Assembly (NCBI GenBank): GCA_026224975.1
Contig: JAMFRW010000348.1
Span: 1 to 63,158 of the forward strand
DNA length: 63,158 nt
Direction: 5' to 3'
DNA from: Rhodoferax sp.
GTDB lineage: Bacteria; Pseudomonadota; Gammaproteobacteria; Burkholderiales; Burkholderiaceae_C
Positions 10,829-20,169 of this stretch are shown here, one piece after another. Numbering within the stretch: position 1 is the stretch's first letter; each line of letters starts with the position of its first letter. The notes below the pieces were generated by a model. That model worked only from the letters and a program-made list of their open reading frames with translations. It searched no databases and was not told where the DNA came from. Made by a program: the position numbers and the translations under genes.

Positions 10829-11050
10829 ATGAGCCTTGCCACCATGTCATCCAGCAGTCCGTGCCGCTACGAGTTGCGATTCCGTTCCCTCTTCAAGGAA
10901 GGGCGCGCGTACTCGTTCCCGTGCGATGCCGGCGGCCACGTCGACCTCGATGCCCTGAGCGACCGCGCACGCGACAACTACCTCTACGTGCGCACCGTCG
11001 TCGGTCGCGAGTTCGCCATGCCCAACGTGCAGATCGAAGAGAAACACTGA
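10829..11050 (+). CDS. Small hypothetical protein
   Basis: AGGAG SD upstream, coding-like codon usage, YELRFRSLF...FPCDAGG...NYLY. Confidence 0.75.
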   Translation: MSLATMSSSSPCRYELRFRSLFKEGRAYSFPCDAGGHVDLDALSDRARDNYLYVRTVVGREFAMPNVQIEEKH

Positions 11051-11076
11051 GGCACGAGGTCGGCTGCTTGCCGACG

Positions 11077-12048
11077 TCAGTCGAGTGCCGCCGCCGCGCC
11101 GTAAAGGCCGGGTGCCGCGGCCGTGATCACCCACACAGGAATGTTTTCCAGGTACGAGCGAAAGCGCCCCTTGGCGTCGAACCGCTCCCGGAACGGCAAG
11201 GCATCGAAGCCGGTCCCGAGCCGCGGCACGATGCCGCCGCCGATGAAGACCCCGCCATGCGCGCCGAGCGTGAGCGCCAGGTTGCCGGCGACGGTGCCCA
11301 TGAAGGCACCGAAAAGATTCATCGCTTCCGAACACGCCGCGTCGCCGCCGTGCAGTGCCCGAGCGCTGATGTCGGCCGGTTGCAAGGCCCGGTCGGGCAA
11401 GCCATCGAGTTCGCTGACGGCGCTGTGGAGGTTGACCAGGCCCGGGCCCGAGAGCGCGCGTTCGGCCGAGGCGTGGCCGAAGCGGCGGTGCAGCGCATCG
11501 ATCACCGCGGCCTCGCGGTCGTTGCAGGCTGCGAGCGTCACATGGCCGCCCTCACCGGCGACGATTACCTGGCGGCTCTTGCCCGCGCCGAGATCGAGCT
11601 GGATCACGCTCGCCACGCCGAGACCGGTGCCGGCGCCGAGCACCGCCATCGGCGCACCGGCCACCGCGTCGCCACCGCCCACGCGGCGCAGCTCGGCCGC
11701 TGTGAGGGCAGAGAGCCCGCCCGCCAGTGCGGCGAAATCGTTCAGCACCAGACAGCGTTCCACGCCCAGGCGTGTCTGCAGTTCCGCGATCGAGAACGAC
11801 CAGGAATGGTTGGTCATCGTCACCCGGTCGCCGGTGATCGGCGTTGCGATGCCGAAGGCCACGCGCTTCGGGGCGGGCAGGTTTTGGTCTACCAGATAGC
11901 GCTCGATCACATCGGCCGGCGACGCGAAATCGGCGCAGCGGTAGGCGGCGTAGCGGTGTAGCCCGGCATCCGGCGCGGCCTGCCAGGCCCAGCGCGCATT
12001 GGTACCGCCCACATCACCCACCAGCCGGGGGAAACCTTCACTGCTCAT
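11077..12048 (-). CDS. glk: Glucokinase
   Basis: LVGDVGGTNARW, LNDFAA, GAGTGLG, GEGGH, SAERALSGPGL, F..KGRF. Confidence 0.95.
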   Translation of the reverse strand: MSSEGFPRLVGDVGGTNARWAWQAAPDAGLHRYAAYRCADFASPADVIERYLVDQNLPAPKRVAFGIATPITGDRVTMTNHSWSFSIAELQTRLGVERCLVLNDFAALAGGLSALTAAELRRVGGGDAVAGAPMAVLGAGTGLGVASVIQLDLGAGKSRQVIVAGEGGHVTLAACNDREAAVIDALHRRFGHASAERALSGPGLVNLHSAVSELDGLPDRALQPADISARALHGGDAACSEAMNLFGAFMGTVAGNLALTLGAHGGVFIGGGIVPRLGTGFDALPFRERFDAKGRFRSYLENIPVWVITAAAPGLYGAAAALD

Positions 12049-12207
12049 GTCCTGCATCCTTGGTTGCGTGGCCGCGCCAGTCGGCGAGTGACTCTAGCGC
12101 AAGCGGTCCTGCGGATTGGCGTCTTTAGGGATTGGGCCGCGCAGAGCGACATGTTCAGATGCGGCGCGCGACACACCCCATCGGTCCGCGCCCCGCAAGG
12201 AGACCCC

Positions 12208-13080
12208 ATGCTCACGGAAACCCAGCTCTCGAAGGTCATGCCCAACCTGGCACAAGCCAAGCTCGCGCTGTACCTGCCGCCGCTCAACAAGGCGATGCAG
12301 GACCGCAGCGTCAACACCATGCTGCGCACCGCGGCCTTCATCGCGCAGTTGGCGCATGAGTCGGGCGAGTTCCGTTTCATGGAAGAGCTGTGGGGGCCGA
12401 CGCCGGCGCAGGTGCGCTACGAGCCGCCGTCGGACCTGGCCACGCGCCTGGGCAATACGCAGCCAGGCGACGGCAAACGCTTCAAGGGACGCGGCCCGAT
12501 CCAGATCACCGGGCGCTTCAACTACCAGAAGTACGGCGGCCTGCTCGGCATCGACCTCTGCGCCAACCCGCCCCTGGCCGCCACGCCCGAGGTGGCGTTC
12601 GCGACGGCGGGCCTGTTCTGGGAGAAGAACGGCCTCAACGAACTGGCCGACACGGAAGATTTCGTCACCATCACCAAGCGCATCAACGGCGGCACCAACG
12701 GCTTGCCCGACCGGCAGATGTACTACGCGAGGGCCAAGGCAGTGCTGGCCGATGGCTTCGAGGCTGGGCCGGCGGCGGCGGTGACACGCGGTGCCGCCCG
12801 GGTGGCACCGGCCGCATCGGGCGAACCGCTGGCGCGGGGCTTCGAGGCGCTGGTGGAATTGGGCGCGGTGCCGGCGCCCGTCGCAGCGAAGAAGGTGGCG
12901 GCCAAGAAAGCAGTGCCCAAGCCAGCCGCGGCGAAGGAGGCCGTTGCGACCAGGAAGGCTGCAGCCAAGAAGGTTGCGGCTAAGAAGGTCGTCGCCAAAA
13001 AGACCTCGGCCGAGAAAGCACCCGCGAAGAAGGCCACTGCGAAGAAGGCACCTGTTAAAAAGGCGGCCGCCCGGAAGTGA
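12208..13080 (+). CDS. Glycoside hydrolase family 19 (lysozyme/chitinase) with Lys/Ala-rich H1-like tail
   Basis: AAFIAQLAHESG, FKGRGPIQITGRFNY, TKRINGGTNGL; tail of AKK repeats; AAGGAG SD. Confidence 0.9.
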   Translation: MLTETQLSKVMPNLAQAKLALYLPPLNKAMQDRSVNTMLRTAAFIAQLAHESGEFRFMEELWGPTPAQVRYEPPSDLATRLGNTQPGDGKRFKGRGPIQITGRFNYQKYGGLLGIDLCANPPLAATPEVAFATAGLFWEKNGLNELADTEDFVTITKRINGGTNGLPDRQMYYARAKAVLADGFEAGPAAAVTRGAARVAPAASGEPLARGFEALVELGAVPAPVAAKKVAAKKAVPKPAAAKEAVATRKAAAKKVAAKKVVAKKTSAEKAPAKKATAKKAPVKKAAARK

Positions 13081-13212
13081 CTCGGGCGCGCTTGCCACGG
13101 ATTTCGCCCGCATTTCCGCGGATGGCGCAGGGCTTGCGTCTGCCAGACTGCACCCGACATACCCTCGGTGCCCCACTCATCTCGAACCGATCCCATCGAC
13201 CCTGCCCCACCC

Positions 13213-13728
13213 GTGTTCAGCCACTTCACCAACACCAAAAGACTCAGCTGCGGCATCGTGATCCTCAACCCGGATCGTGAGCTGCTGCTCTGCCATGTCA
13301 CCGGCCAGAACCACTGGGACCTGCCCAAGGGCGGCATGGATGCCGGCGAGAGCACGCTCGCCGCGGCGCTCCGCGAAACCCGCGAGGAAACCGGCCTTCG
13401 CCTCGACGCGAAAACGCTGCGCGACCTCGGCCGCTTCCAGTACACCGGCAAGAAGGACCTGCACCTCTACGCCACGCTGCTGCCGCGCTTCGACCTGGCT
13501 GCGCTGCATTGCGAGAGCCACTTCGCCGACCGCAGCACCGGCAAGCGCCTGCCCGAGATGGACGGCTATCAGTGGGTGGTGTTCCCGCGTGTGGCGGCGA
13601 TGTGCACGCCGAAGATGGCGGCTGTGCTCGATGGCGCCATCGATCTCGCGAGCCTGCTGGCCGAGCTGACGGCGGTGCCGCGGCCTGCGGCGCAGCCATT
13701 CGTTTCCAACGCCACCTCCATGGCCTGA
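13213..13728 (+). CDS. NUDIX hydrolase
   Basis: Nudix box GGMDAGESTLAAALRETREETG; start uncertain. Confidence 0.9.
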   Translation: MFSHFTNTKRLSCGIVILNPDRELLLCHVTGQNHWDLPKGGMDAGESTLAAALRETREETGLRLDAKTLRDLGRFQYTGKKDLHLYATLLPRFDLAALHCESHFADRSTGKRLPEMDGYQWVVFPRVAAMCTPKMAAVLDGAIDLASLLAELTAVPRPAAQPFVSNATSMA

Positions 13729-13963
13729 GTCGCCGAAGCGAAGCCCTGTGAAACTGGGCAGCATGGGCGACTCATCCTGCGTTCGGGTTTGAGACCCGCG
13801 CTTCGCGGCGCTTTCGAACCGGCCTCCGGTTCGACCCCATTCCCGGATTCTTTTCGTCGACGATCGCGCGACTCGACGCGCGCTGCATCCGATTTCGCAT
13901 CCGCTGCGTAAGCCCCTGGTCGATCGGCGCCCTGCCGCGTCGAACCCATCGAGGGAGCCTGCC

Positions 13964-16447
13964 GTGACGATGAGCCTGCCTGTGTCGGTGCTGCCGCGAA
14001 CCGTGCCGCGAGAGCGTGAAGCCTTGCTGCTGTCGGGCCTGCTGCGGTCTGCGCGGCTGACGCTGCTGTGCGGCGAAGCGGGTGCTGGCAAGAGCGTGCT
14101 GCTCGAATCGGGCGTGATGCCCCTGCTGCATCGCCGCACCACCGACCAAGCCGTGCCGCCCGGCCTCTCGCCGCGCGTCGTGATCCCCTTCCCCGAGCGC
14201 CGAAGCCGCGTGGCGGGTGGTGCCGGCCGCAGTCCGGAAGTCGCGATCCTGATGTCCGACTGGTCCGGCGAACCGCTGGTGCGGCTGCAGGCGCAGTTGC
14301 ACGAAGCGCTGGCCATCGCCGTGCCGCAGCAACAGGCCACGCGCGTGTCGCTGGCCGGCACGATCAGTGCGCTCAACATGCAGTTCGGCGCCCGCTTCAT
14401 CGTGCTGCTCGACCGCTTCGACGATTGCCTCGCGGCGGCTGCGCAAGACGAGCACGGCGGTGCGCGCGCCTTCCTCGAAGAATTCATGATCGCGGTGGAT
14501 CGGCCGCTGTTGCCGGCGAACTTCTTGATCGCCGTTCGGAGCGATGCGGATCCGCTGCTGGACCCTCTGCGCGTGCGGCTGCCGGGGTTCGGGGATCAGA
14601 CCTTGCGGTTGTCTCGCTTGCCTGCGACGCGCGTGGCGGGGCCTTCGTTGAGGCAGGTGCCGAAAGGAGCGGTTCCGGCAGCGGGATCGGCTGAGGGCGC
14701 TGGTGTGATGGCGGGCGCCGCGGCGGCTGCGGCAGGGGTGCTCGAAGGCAGCGCGCCCGCAGATGCCAAGGCGCCTCGTGCTGTGGCATGGCAGAGCGAG
14801 GAGGATTGGTTTGCGTCGCTGAACGCGGTCGTGTTGAAGGCGGCTGAGGCGGCGCGGTTGGATGTGACGGGGGAAGCGGTGGCTCCGAAAGCGCCCACGC
14901 CAGGCGCTAATACCGCACCTTCGTCTGCGGAGGTGATACCTCCATCAGCCGCGGTCGAAGTAGAGCCTGAGGCGCGCTCCGTGGCCCCTCACCCCGGCCC
15001 TCTCCCCAAAGGGGCGAGGGAGGATCACCCGCGCGCCGCGGATGCGGTACCTCAGCCTCAGGTGGCGGACAGCGGTCGGCATCGAACGATGGTCGAGCTG
15101 GCCGCAAGCGGCTTGGCGTTCTCGCCCCGCTTGACCCCCGCAACGCGCGCCGCGGAGTCCACCGAGCAGGTGCGTGCCGCTGCTTTGCCCCCTCCCCCCC
15201 TGGGAGAGGGCTGGGATGAGGGCCAGCGGCAGACCGAAACCACACCGCTTCCGAAAGCGCCCAAGCGTCGGCCAACCGCCGCCCTCCCACGCTCACTCGC
15301 CTGGATCGGTGTCCCGGCCGGACTGGCGTTGATCGCCTGGCTGGCGTGGCCAAGTAGTTCGCCGACCAGCACGACGCAAGTTGCTCAAGTGCCGACACCC
15401 GCGCTGCTGCCACCTTCCGTCGTCACGTTAGGCAAGCCCGATGCGCCGGTCGCTACCGTGCCTGCGGCGCCGTCGCCGACACCCCAGGCAACCTCGATCC
15501 CAACGCCAGCACCAGCACCAGCACCAGCACCAGCACCAGCGTCTGTTGCGACCCCGACCGCGGCCAACGATATCGACGACCCAGCCAGTTCAATCGCTGC
15601 GATCGAACTCGCCCGTGCCCTCGCCCCAACCAACGGCGCGACCCAGCCAAACGGCGGCGCAACACCGCCCGCCAACGCCCCCGCAACACCCACCTGGCCC
15701 GCCGGCTTCACGCCCCTCCCGAACCGCACCGGCTTCGCCCTGGCCCGCTACGACGCGCTCCAGGCCGCACGGCAAGCCATGCTTGGCAACGCGCTGCAAG
15801 TCGTTGCCCCGCTCTACACCGAGGACGTGCTCTTCGTCGCGCACGCCGGTTCGCCGCTCACCTTCATCCACGACATTCGCCATGCGCGCATCAACGTCGG
15901 CCCCGCGCAGGGCGCGCGGGCGGTGACGGCGGGCGCGGTGTACCAGCGCTTCTTCGGCTCCGCGCTGCCCACTGCCTCGGCTGACACGCGCGGCGCCGAG
16001 GCCGTACTCGGCGCACTGGCCAGCGGCAAGTCCGCCGATGTGATGGTCGTGGCCGGTCCGCAAGCGGCGGCCTGGTGGGCAGCCTTGCCGCCCGAGACGG
16101 CGCGCTCGCTCAAGTTGCTGAAGATCGATCGCGCCGACCCGGCCGACCGCAGCGCTTTGCAGACCTTCCTGCCCGCGACGGTGCGCTCGGGCGCAGACGC
16201 CGGAACGCCGACCCTGGCGGTGATGACCTTCCTCGTGGCCGTCGGCACGCCTGATGCGACATCGCAAGTCGCCCCGGCCGTTCGTTCGCTGTGCAGCGCG
16301 TTGCCCGCCCTGCAGCGCGACGGGAGCCCGAAGTGGCGCGAGTTCCAGCCGGGGCTGCAGCTCGAAACCGGCTGGCCGAACGCGCGTGCGGCCGCGGCGT
16401 TGCGGGCCTGCGCGACGCTGGTGGCCGTGGCGGGCGGCAAGCGCTGA
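13964..16447 (+). CDS. STAND-like P-loop NTPase - linker - TM helix - TAXI-like solute-binding domain fusion
   Basis: Walker A LLCGEAGAGKS, Walker B FIVLLDRFDD; TM LAWIGVPAGLALIAWLAW; TAXI-like VVAPLYTEDVLFVA...INVGPAQG...PKWRE. Confidence 0.7.
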   Translation: MTMSLPVSVLPRTVPREREALLLSGLLRSARLTLLCGEAGAGKSVLLESGVMPLLHRRTTDQAVPPGLSPRVVIPFPERRSRVAGGAGRSPEVAILMSDWSGEPLVRLQAQLHEALAIAVPQQQATRVSLAGTISALNMQFGARFIVLLDRFDDCLAAAAQDEHGGARAFLEEFMIAVDRPLLPANFLIAVRSDADPLLDPLRVRLPGFGDQTLRLSRLPATRVAGPSLRQVPKGAVPAAGSAEGAGVMAGAAAAAAGVLEGSAPADAKAPRAVAWQSEEDWFASLNAVVLKAAEAARLDVTGEAVAPKAPTPGANTAPSSAEVIPPSAAVEVEPEARSVAPHPGPLPKGAREDHPRAADAVPQPQVADSGRHRTMVELAASGLAFSPRLTPATRAAESTEQVRAAALPPPPLGEGWDEGQRQTETTPLPKAPKRRPTAALPRSLAWIGVPAGLALIAWLAWPSSSPTSTTQVAQVPTPALLPPSVVTLGKPDAPVATVPAAPSPTPQATSIPTPAPAPAPAPAPASVATPTAANDIDDPASSIAAIELARALAPTNGATQPNGGATPPANAPATPTWPAGFTPLPNRTGFALARYDALQAARQAMLGNALQVVAPLYTEDVLFVAHAGSPLTFIHDIRHARINVGPAQGARAVTAGAVYQRFFGSALPTASADTRGAEAVLGALASGKSADVMVVAGPQAAAWWAALPPETARSLKLLKIDRADPADRSALQTFLPATVRSGADAGTPTLAVMTFLVAVGTPDATSQVAPAVRSLCSALPALQRDGSPKWREFQPGLQLETGWPNARAAAALRACATLVAVAGGKR
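14983..15224. repeat. Inverted pair of REP-like palindromic units embedded in-frame in the CDS
   Basis: GGCCCCTCACCCCGGCCCTCTCCCCAAAGGGGCGAGGG (14983-15020); reverse complement of 15188-15224 reads GGCCCTCATCCCAGCCCTCTCCCAGGGGGGGAGGGGG. Confidence 0.75.
15506..15541 (+). repeat. Hexamer tandem repeat (CCAGCA)x5 + CCAGCG encoding (Pro-Ala)6
   Basis: Read directly from sequence. Confidence 0.9.
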
Positions 16448-16539
16448 ACGGCTGGCGGTCTTCTCTCCCACGGATCCGGTGCATCGATCACCTCGAACCT
16501 CGCGTCGAACCCCTCTGTCACCCACCCACAACCCAGGAG

Positions 16540-17070
16540 ATGTCGATGAAAACAAGCCGTTTCGATCAATCGTCCGCGTCCGGAACCAGCGCGTCGGTGC
16601 GCCACCAAAACGCATCCCGCGCCCGCACGTCGACCGCCGCGAAGCTTATCGCCGGTGCCGCTGCCACGCTGCTCGCCGCCAATACCACCTTCGCCGCCGA
16701 CGCCCCGGTGCAAAAGGTCGTCGTGCGCTCGGTCGCCTACTTCGATTTCGACCAGGCCAGCATCCGCCCGCAGGATCAGGCGAAGATCCTGGCCGAGGTC
16801 GGCAAGATGCAGGGCGTGACGTGGCAGACGGTCACCGCCACCGGCCACACCGACAGCATCGGCCCGGCGGCGTACAACGAGAAGCTTTCGGAAGAGCGCG
16901 CGGCGTCGGTCAAGACCTATCTTGTCGGCAAGGGGCTGGACCCGGCGATGATCAATACCGCCGCCAAGGCCGCTGCCGCGCCGCTGGCGAAGAACGGCTC
17001 CGCCCGCGGCCGCGCCAAGAACCGGCGCGCCGAGATCGAGTTCCAGGGCGTGCGTGCGGTGCAGCCTTGA
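16540..17070 (+). CDS. Exported OmpA-C (peptidoglycan-binding) domain protein
   Basis: Signal peptide; YFDFDQASI, GHTDSIG..YNEKLSEERA, NRRAEI; AGGAG SD. Confidence 0.92.
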   Translation: MSMKTSRFDQSSASGTSASVRHQNASRARTSTAAKLIAGAAATLLAANTTFAADAPVQKVVVRSVAYFDFDQASIRPQDQAKILAEVGKMQGVTWQTVTATGHTDSIGPAAYNEKLSEERAASVKTYLVGKGLDPAMINTAAKAAAAPLAKNGSARGRAKNRRAEIEFQGVRAVQP

Positions 17071-17221
17071 TCGGATTGGGGTAGGCTTGCGCGGTGTGGT
17101 TGCCATGTTGCGCCGCATGTTCGAACCGGCTTCAGGAGCTGAGATGAAACTTGCCTTCGCGCTCACGTCGTCTCCCGTGGTCGACCACGACAGCCGGCCC
17201 TTGCAGCCACTCAGGCGGGTG

Positions 17222-17653
17222 ATGAACCGCTGGCTGTCGGCACTCGGCTTCCTGCTGGCGTTTGCTTCTGCCGGCACCGATGCACAGGCTGCGGCGCTGT
17301 CGTCGGCCGATGCCAAGAAGGTGCGCGCCGTTGTCGAAGCGCAGTTGGCCGCCTTCGAGGCCGATGACGCCAAGCGCGCGTTCTCGTTCGCCGCGCCCAA
17401 CATCCGCGAGATGTTCGGTGACGCCGATGCGTTCCGCTCGATGGTGCGCAGCGGCTACCCGGTGGTGTACCGGCATGCGTCGGTCGCGTTCATGGTGCCG
17501 GAGCTGGAAGGCGGCGAGGTGACGCAGGCGGTGCGCCTGGTCGATGGCGAAGGCGGCGCCTGGATCGCGGTCTATCGGCTCGAGCAGCAGAAGGACAAGT
17601 CGTGGCGCATCAGCGGCTGCCAGGTGGTGGCGAGCGAAGGGCGCGAGGCCTGA
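17222..17653 (+). CDS. DUF4864-like exported protein
   Basis: VVEAQLAAF..DD..AFSFAAP.I..F....F..MV..GYP...WRISGC. Confidence 0.8.
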   Translation: MNRWLSALGFLLAFASAGTDAQAAALSSADAKKVRAVVEAQLAAFEADDAKRAFSFAAPNIREMFGDADAFRSMVRSGYPVVYRHASVAFMVPELEGGEVTQAVRLVDGEGGAWIAVYRLEQQKDKSWRISGCQVVASEGREA

Positions 17654-17679
17654 CGGCGCTTGGCGCCGATCTGCTGTCG

Positions 17680-18267
17680 CTACAGCAAGCGCCCATCCGC
17701 GTCACCATCGAACAAGCCCGGCGCGCCACCCAAGCGCGCGCCTTCGATCGTCAGCATCCTCAGCTTCGTGACCGCGCCGCCGGTCGCCGAAAACCCGCCC
17801 GACCGCCCACCCGCTGCCAACACGCGGTGGCATGGCACGACCGGTGCGAACGGGTTGTGGCCGAGCGCTTGGCCCACCGCGCGCGCCGCGCCGGGTTCGC
17901 CGAGGGCGCGGGCAACCTCGCCGTATGTCAGCGTCTCGCCCGGCGGGATTCGACGCGCGATGTCGTAGACGCGACGGTGAAACTCCGGCACGCCGTCCAT
18001 GTCGAGCGGGATTTCCAGCAGGTCGCGCGGCTGGCCGCGCAGCAAGGCGACGATGCCGTCGATGGCACGCTGTGCATGAGCAGGCGGCAGGCCCTCGGCT
18101 GCGCCGGCAAAGTGGCGCCGCATGCGTGCACGCGTGGCGGCGGTGTCGGTGCCCGGCAGCATCACGCCCGTCAGGCGGTGCGTACTCCAGGCGATGCCGC
18201 AGGCGCCGAGCGGTGTGTCGAACAGCGCAAAGCCGAGCGTGGCAGCCGGCCCCATTCGAGACAGCAT
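17680..18267 (-). CDS. ogt: Methylated-DNA-protein-cysteine S-methyltransferase
   Basis: IPPGETLTYG, ARAVGQA, active site VPCHRV. Confidence 0.92.
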   Translation of the reverse strand: MLSRMGPAATLGFALFDTPLGACGIAWSTHRLTGVMLPGTDTAATRARMRRHFAGAAEGLPPAHAQRAIDGIVALLRGQPRDLLEIPLDMDGVPEFHRRVYDIARRIPPGETLTYGEVARALGEPGAARAVGQALGHNPFAPVVPCHRVLAAGGRSGGFSATGGAVTKLRMLTIEGARLGGAPGLFDGDADGRLL

Positions 18268-18271
18268 GGGC

Positions 18272-18889
18272 TTACTTGCTCAACGCCAGCTTGATCCCGA
18301 ACCCGATCAGGAACACGCCCGCGAGCTTTTGCATCGCCTGTGACACCTTCGGGTTCGCACGAAGCCGTTCCGCCAGAAAGTGCGTCAGCAGCACCACGAC
18401 CAGCGCGTAGAGGAAGGTGAGTGCAGCAACGGTCGCGGCCATCACGCCGAAGGTGACGAGCCCGCGGTGATGCGCCGGGTCGACGAAGAGCGGGAAGAAC
18501 GCCATGTAGAACACGATCGCCTTCGGGTTGAGCACGGTGATCATCAGGGCCTGGCGAAAGAAGTGGTGCGGCTGCAGGTTCAGCACCGGCGCGTCACCGG
18601 CCTTGGCGCGCAGCATCCTGGCGCCCAGCCACGCCAGGTAGCCCGCGCCCAGCCACTGCACCGCGCGAAAGGCGGGCGGGTAGGCGGCCAGCAAGGCGGC
18701 CACGCCGGCCACCGCCAGCCACATCAGCAACTGGTCGCCCACGATCAGCCCGAAGGTGGCCGCGAAGCCGCCGCGCACACCACCCTTGCCGGTGGAAGTG
18801 ATCAGCGCCAGGTTGCCCGGGCCGGGAATGAGCAGAAAGATGACGATGGCGCCGACGAACGCGACGTAGTCGGCAATGCCGTAGAACAT
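18272..18889 (-). CDS. LysE/RhtB family exporter
   Basis: [14 protein letters not shown], hydrophobic helices. Confidence 0.93.
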   Translation of the reverse strand: MFYGIADYVAFVGAIVIFLLIPGPGNLALITSTGKGGVRGGFAATFGLIVGDQLLMWLAVAGVAALLAAYPPAFRAVQWLGAGYLAWLGARMLRAKAGDAPVLNLQPHHFFRQALMITVLNPKAIVFYMAFFPLFVDPAHHRGLVTFGVMAATVAALTFLYALVVVLLTHFLAERLRANPKVSQAMQKLAGVFLIGFGIKLALSK

Positions 18890-18963
18890 GTGGAACCTCC
18901 GGGTCTTCGAGCACCGGGATTCTGCGCCCGGCGAGCGGGCGCGTCATCGACTACGCTTCGTTC

Positions 18964-20151
18964 ATGCAACCGATCATCACGAGCCTGCTCGACACCGATC
19001 TCTACAAGTTCACGATGTGGCAGACCATGCTGCACCGTCATCCGCAGGCGCAGGCGACCTACAGCTTCCTGTGCCGCAACCCCACGGCGTTTCCGCTCGC
19101 CGAACTGGTGCCGGCGCTGAACGAACAGCTAGACCACCTGTGCACGCTGGCATTCCAGCCCGAAGAGCTGGCGTATTTGCGGGGCATGCGTTTCATCAAG
19201 AGCGACTTCGTCGACTTCCTGCGCATCTTCCGCTTCCAGCGCGAGTTCATCCATGTGCGCGCCAACGGCGACTCGATCGAGATCGAAGCCGACGGCCCGC
19301 AGGTGCATGTGATGGGCTTCGAGATCTTCGTGCTGGCGATCGTCAACGAGCTGTTCTTCCGGCATTTCGACGCGGGCGCCGCGCTCGCGGAAGGCCGTCG
19401 CCGGCTCAGCGCCAAGATCGAGCTGGTGCGCACCTTCGGCACGCGGCCGGCGCGGCGCCACCCGTTCGAGTTCTTCGATTTCGGCGTGCGACGGCGCTAC
19501 TCGGGCGCCTGGCAGGAGGAGGTGGTGCGGACCTTCAAGGAGCAGGTGCCGCAGTTCTTCAAGGGCACCTCGAACGTGCACCTGGCGCGCACGCTGGGCC
19601 TGGTGCCCATCGGCACCATGGCGCACGAGTACATGCAGGGCTACCAGGCCTTCGGCGTACGGCTGCGTGATTTCCAGAAGGCGGCGCTCGAAGACTGGGT
19701 ACAGGAGTACCGCGGCGACCTGGGCATTGCGCTCACCGATGTGGTCACCATGGATGCCTTCCTCGCCGACTTCGACCTCTACTTCGCCAAGCTCTTCGAC
19801 GGCCTGCGCCACGATTCGGGCGACCCCATCGTGTGGGGCGAAAAGGCGCTGGCGCACTACGCGAAGCTGCGCGTCGACCCGCACACCAAGCGGCTGGTGT
19901 TCTCCGACGGGCTCAATCTCGAGAGCGCCTTCCGCATCTACGACCACTTTGCCGACCGCGTGCAATCGGGCTTCGGCATCGGCACGCACCTCACGAACGA
20001 CGTGGGCCTGAAGACCATCCACATCGTCATGAAGCTCACGCATTGCAACGGGCAGCCGGTGGCCAAACTATCGGACACGCCGGGCAAGACGCAGTGCACC
20101 GACGAGACGTTTCTGGCTTATCTGCGGCAGGTGTTCAACGTGCACACCTGA
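18964..20151 (+). CDS. pncB: Nicotinate phosphoribosyltransferase
   Basis: [45 protein letters not shown]. Confidence 0.97.
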   Translation: MQPIITSLLDTDLYKFTMWQTMLHRHPQAQATYSFLCRNPTAFPLAELVPALNEQLDHLCTLAFQPEELAYLRGMRFIKSDFVDFLRIFRFQREFIHVRANGDSIEIEADGPQVHVMGFEIFVLAIVNELFFRHFDAGAALAEGRRRLSAKIELVRTFGTRPARRHPFEFFDFGVRRRYSGAWQEEVVRTFKEQVPQFFKGTSNVHLARTLGLVPIGTMAHEYMQGYQAFGVRLRDFQKAALEDWVQEYRGDLGIALTDVVTMDAFLADFDLYFAKLFDGLRHDSGDPIVWGEKALAHYAKLRVDPHTKRLVFSDGLNLESAFRIYDHFADRVQSGFGIGTHLTNDVGLKTIHIVMKLTHCNGQPVAKLSDTPGKTQCTDETFLAYLRQVFNVHT

Positions 20152-20169
20152 TCTGTCAGGGCCGCGTGG

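Noticed and set aside
12880-13080. Repetitive GCC-AAG-AAG units considered as CRISPR or satellite
   Set aside because: Degenerate at third codon positions; encodes the AKK protein tail; no spacers or cas genes
12208-13728. Prophage remnant suggested by the GH19 lysozyme
   Set aside because: No holin, structural, integrase or att features; flanked by glk and a NUDIX gene with host-like codon usage
13825-13845. GGTTCGA-CCCC resembling a tRNA T-arm
   Set aside because: No acceptor, D or anticodon stems can be built; it is one arm of a simple palindrome
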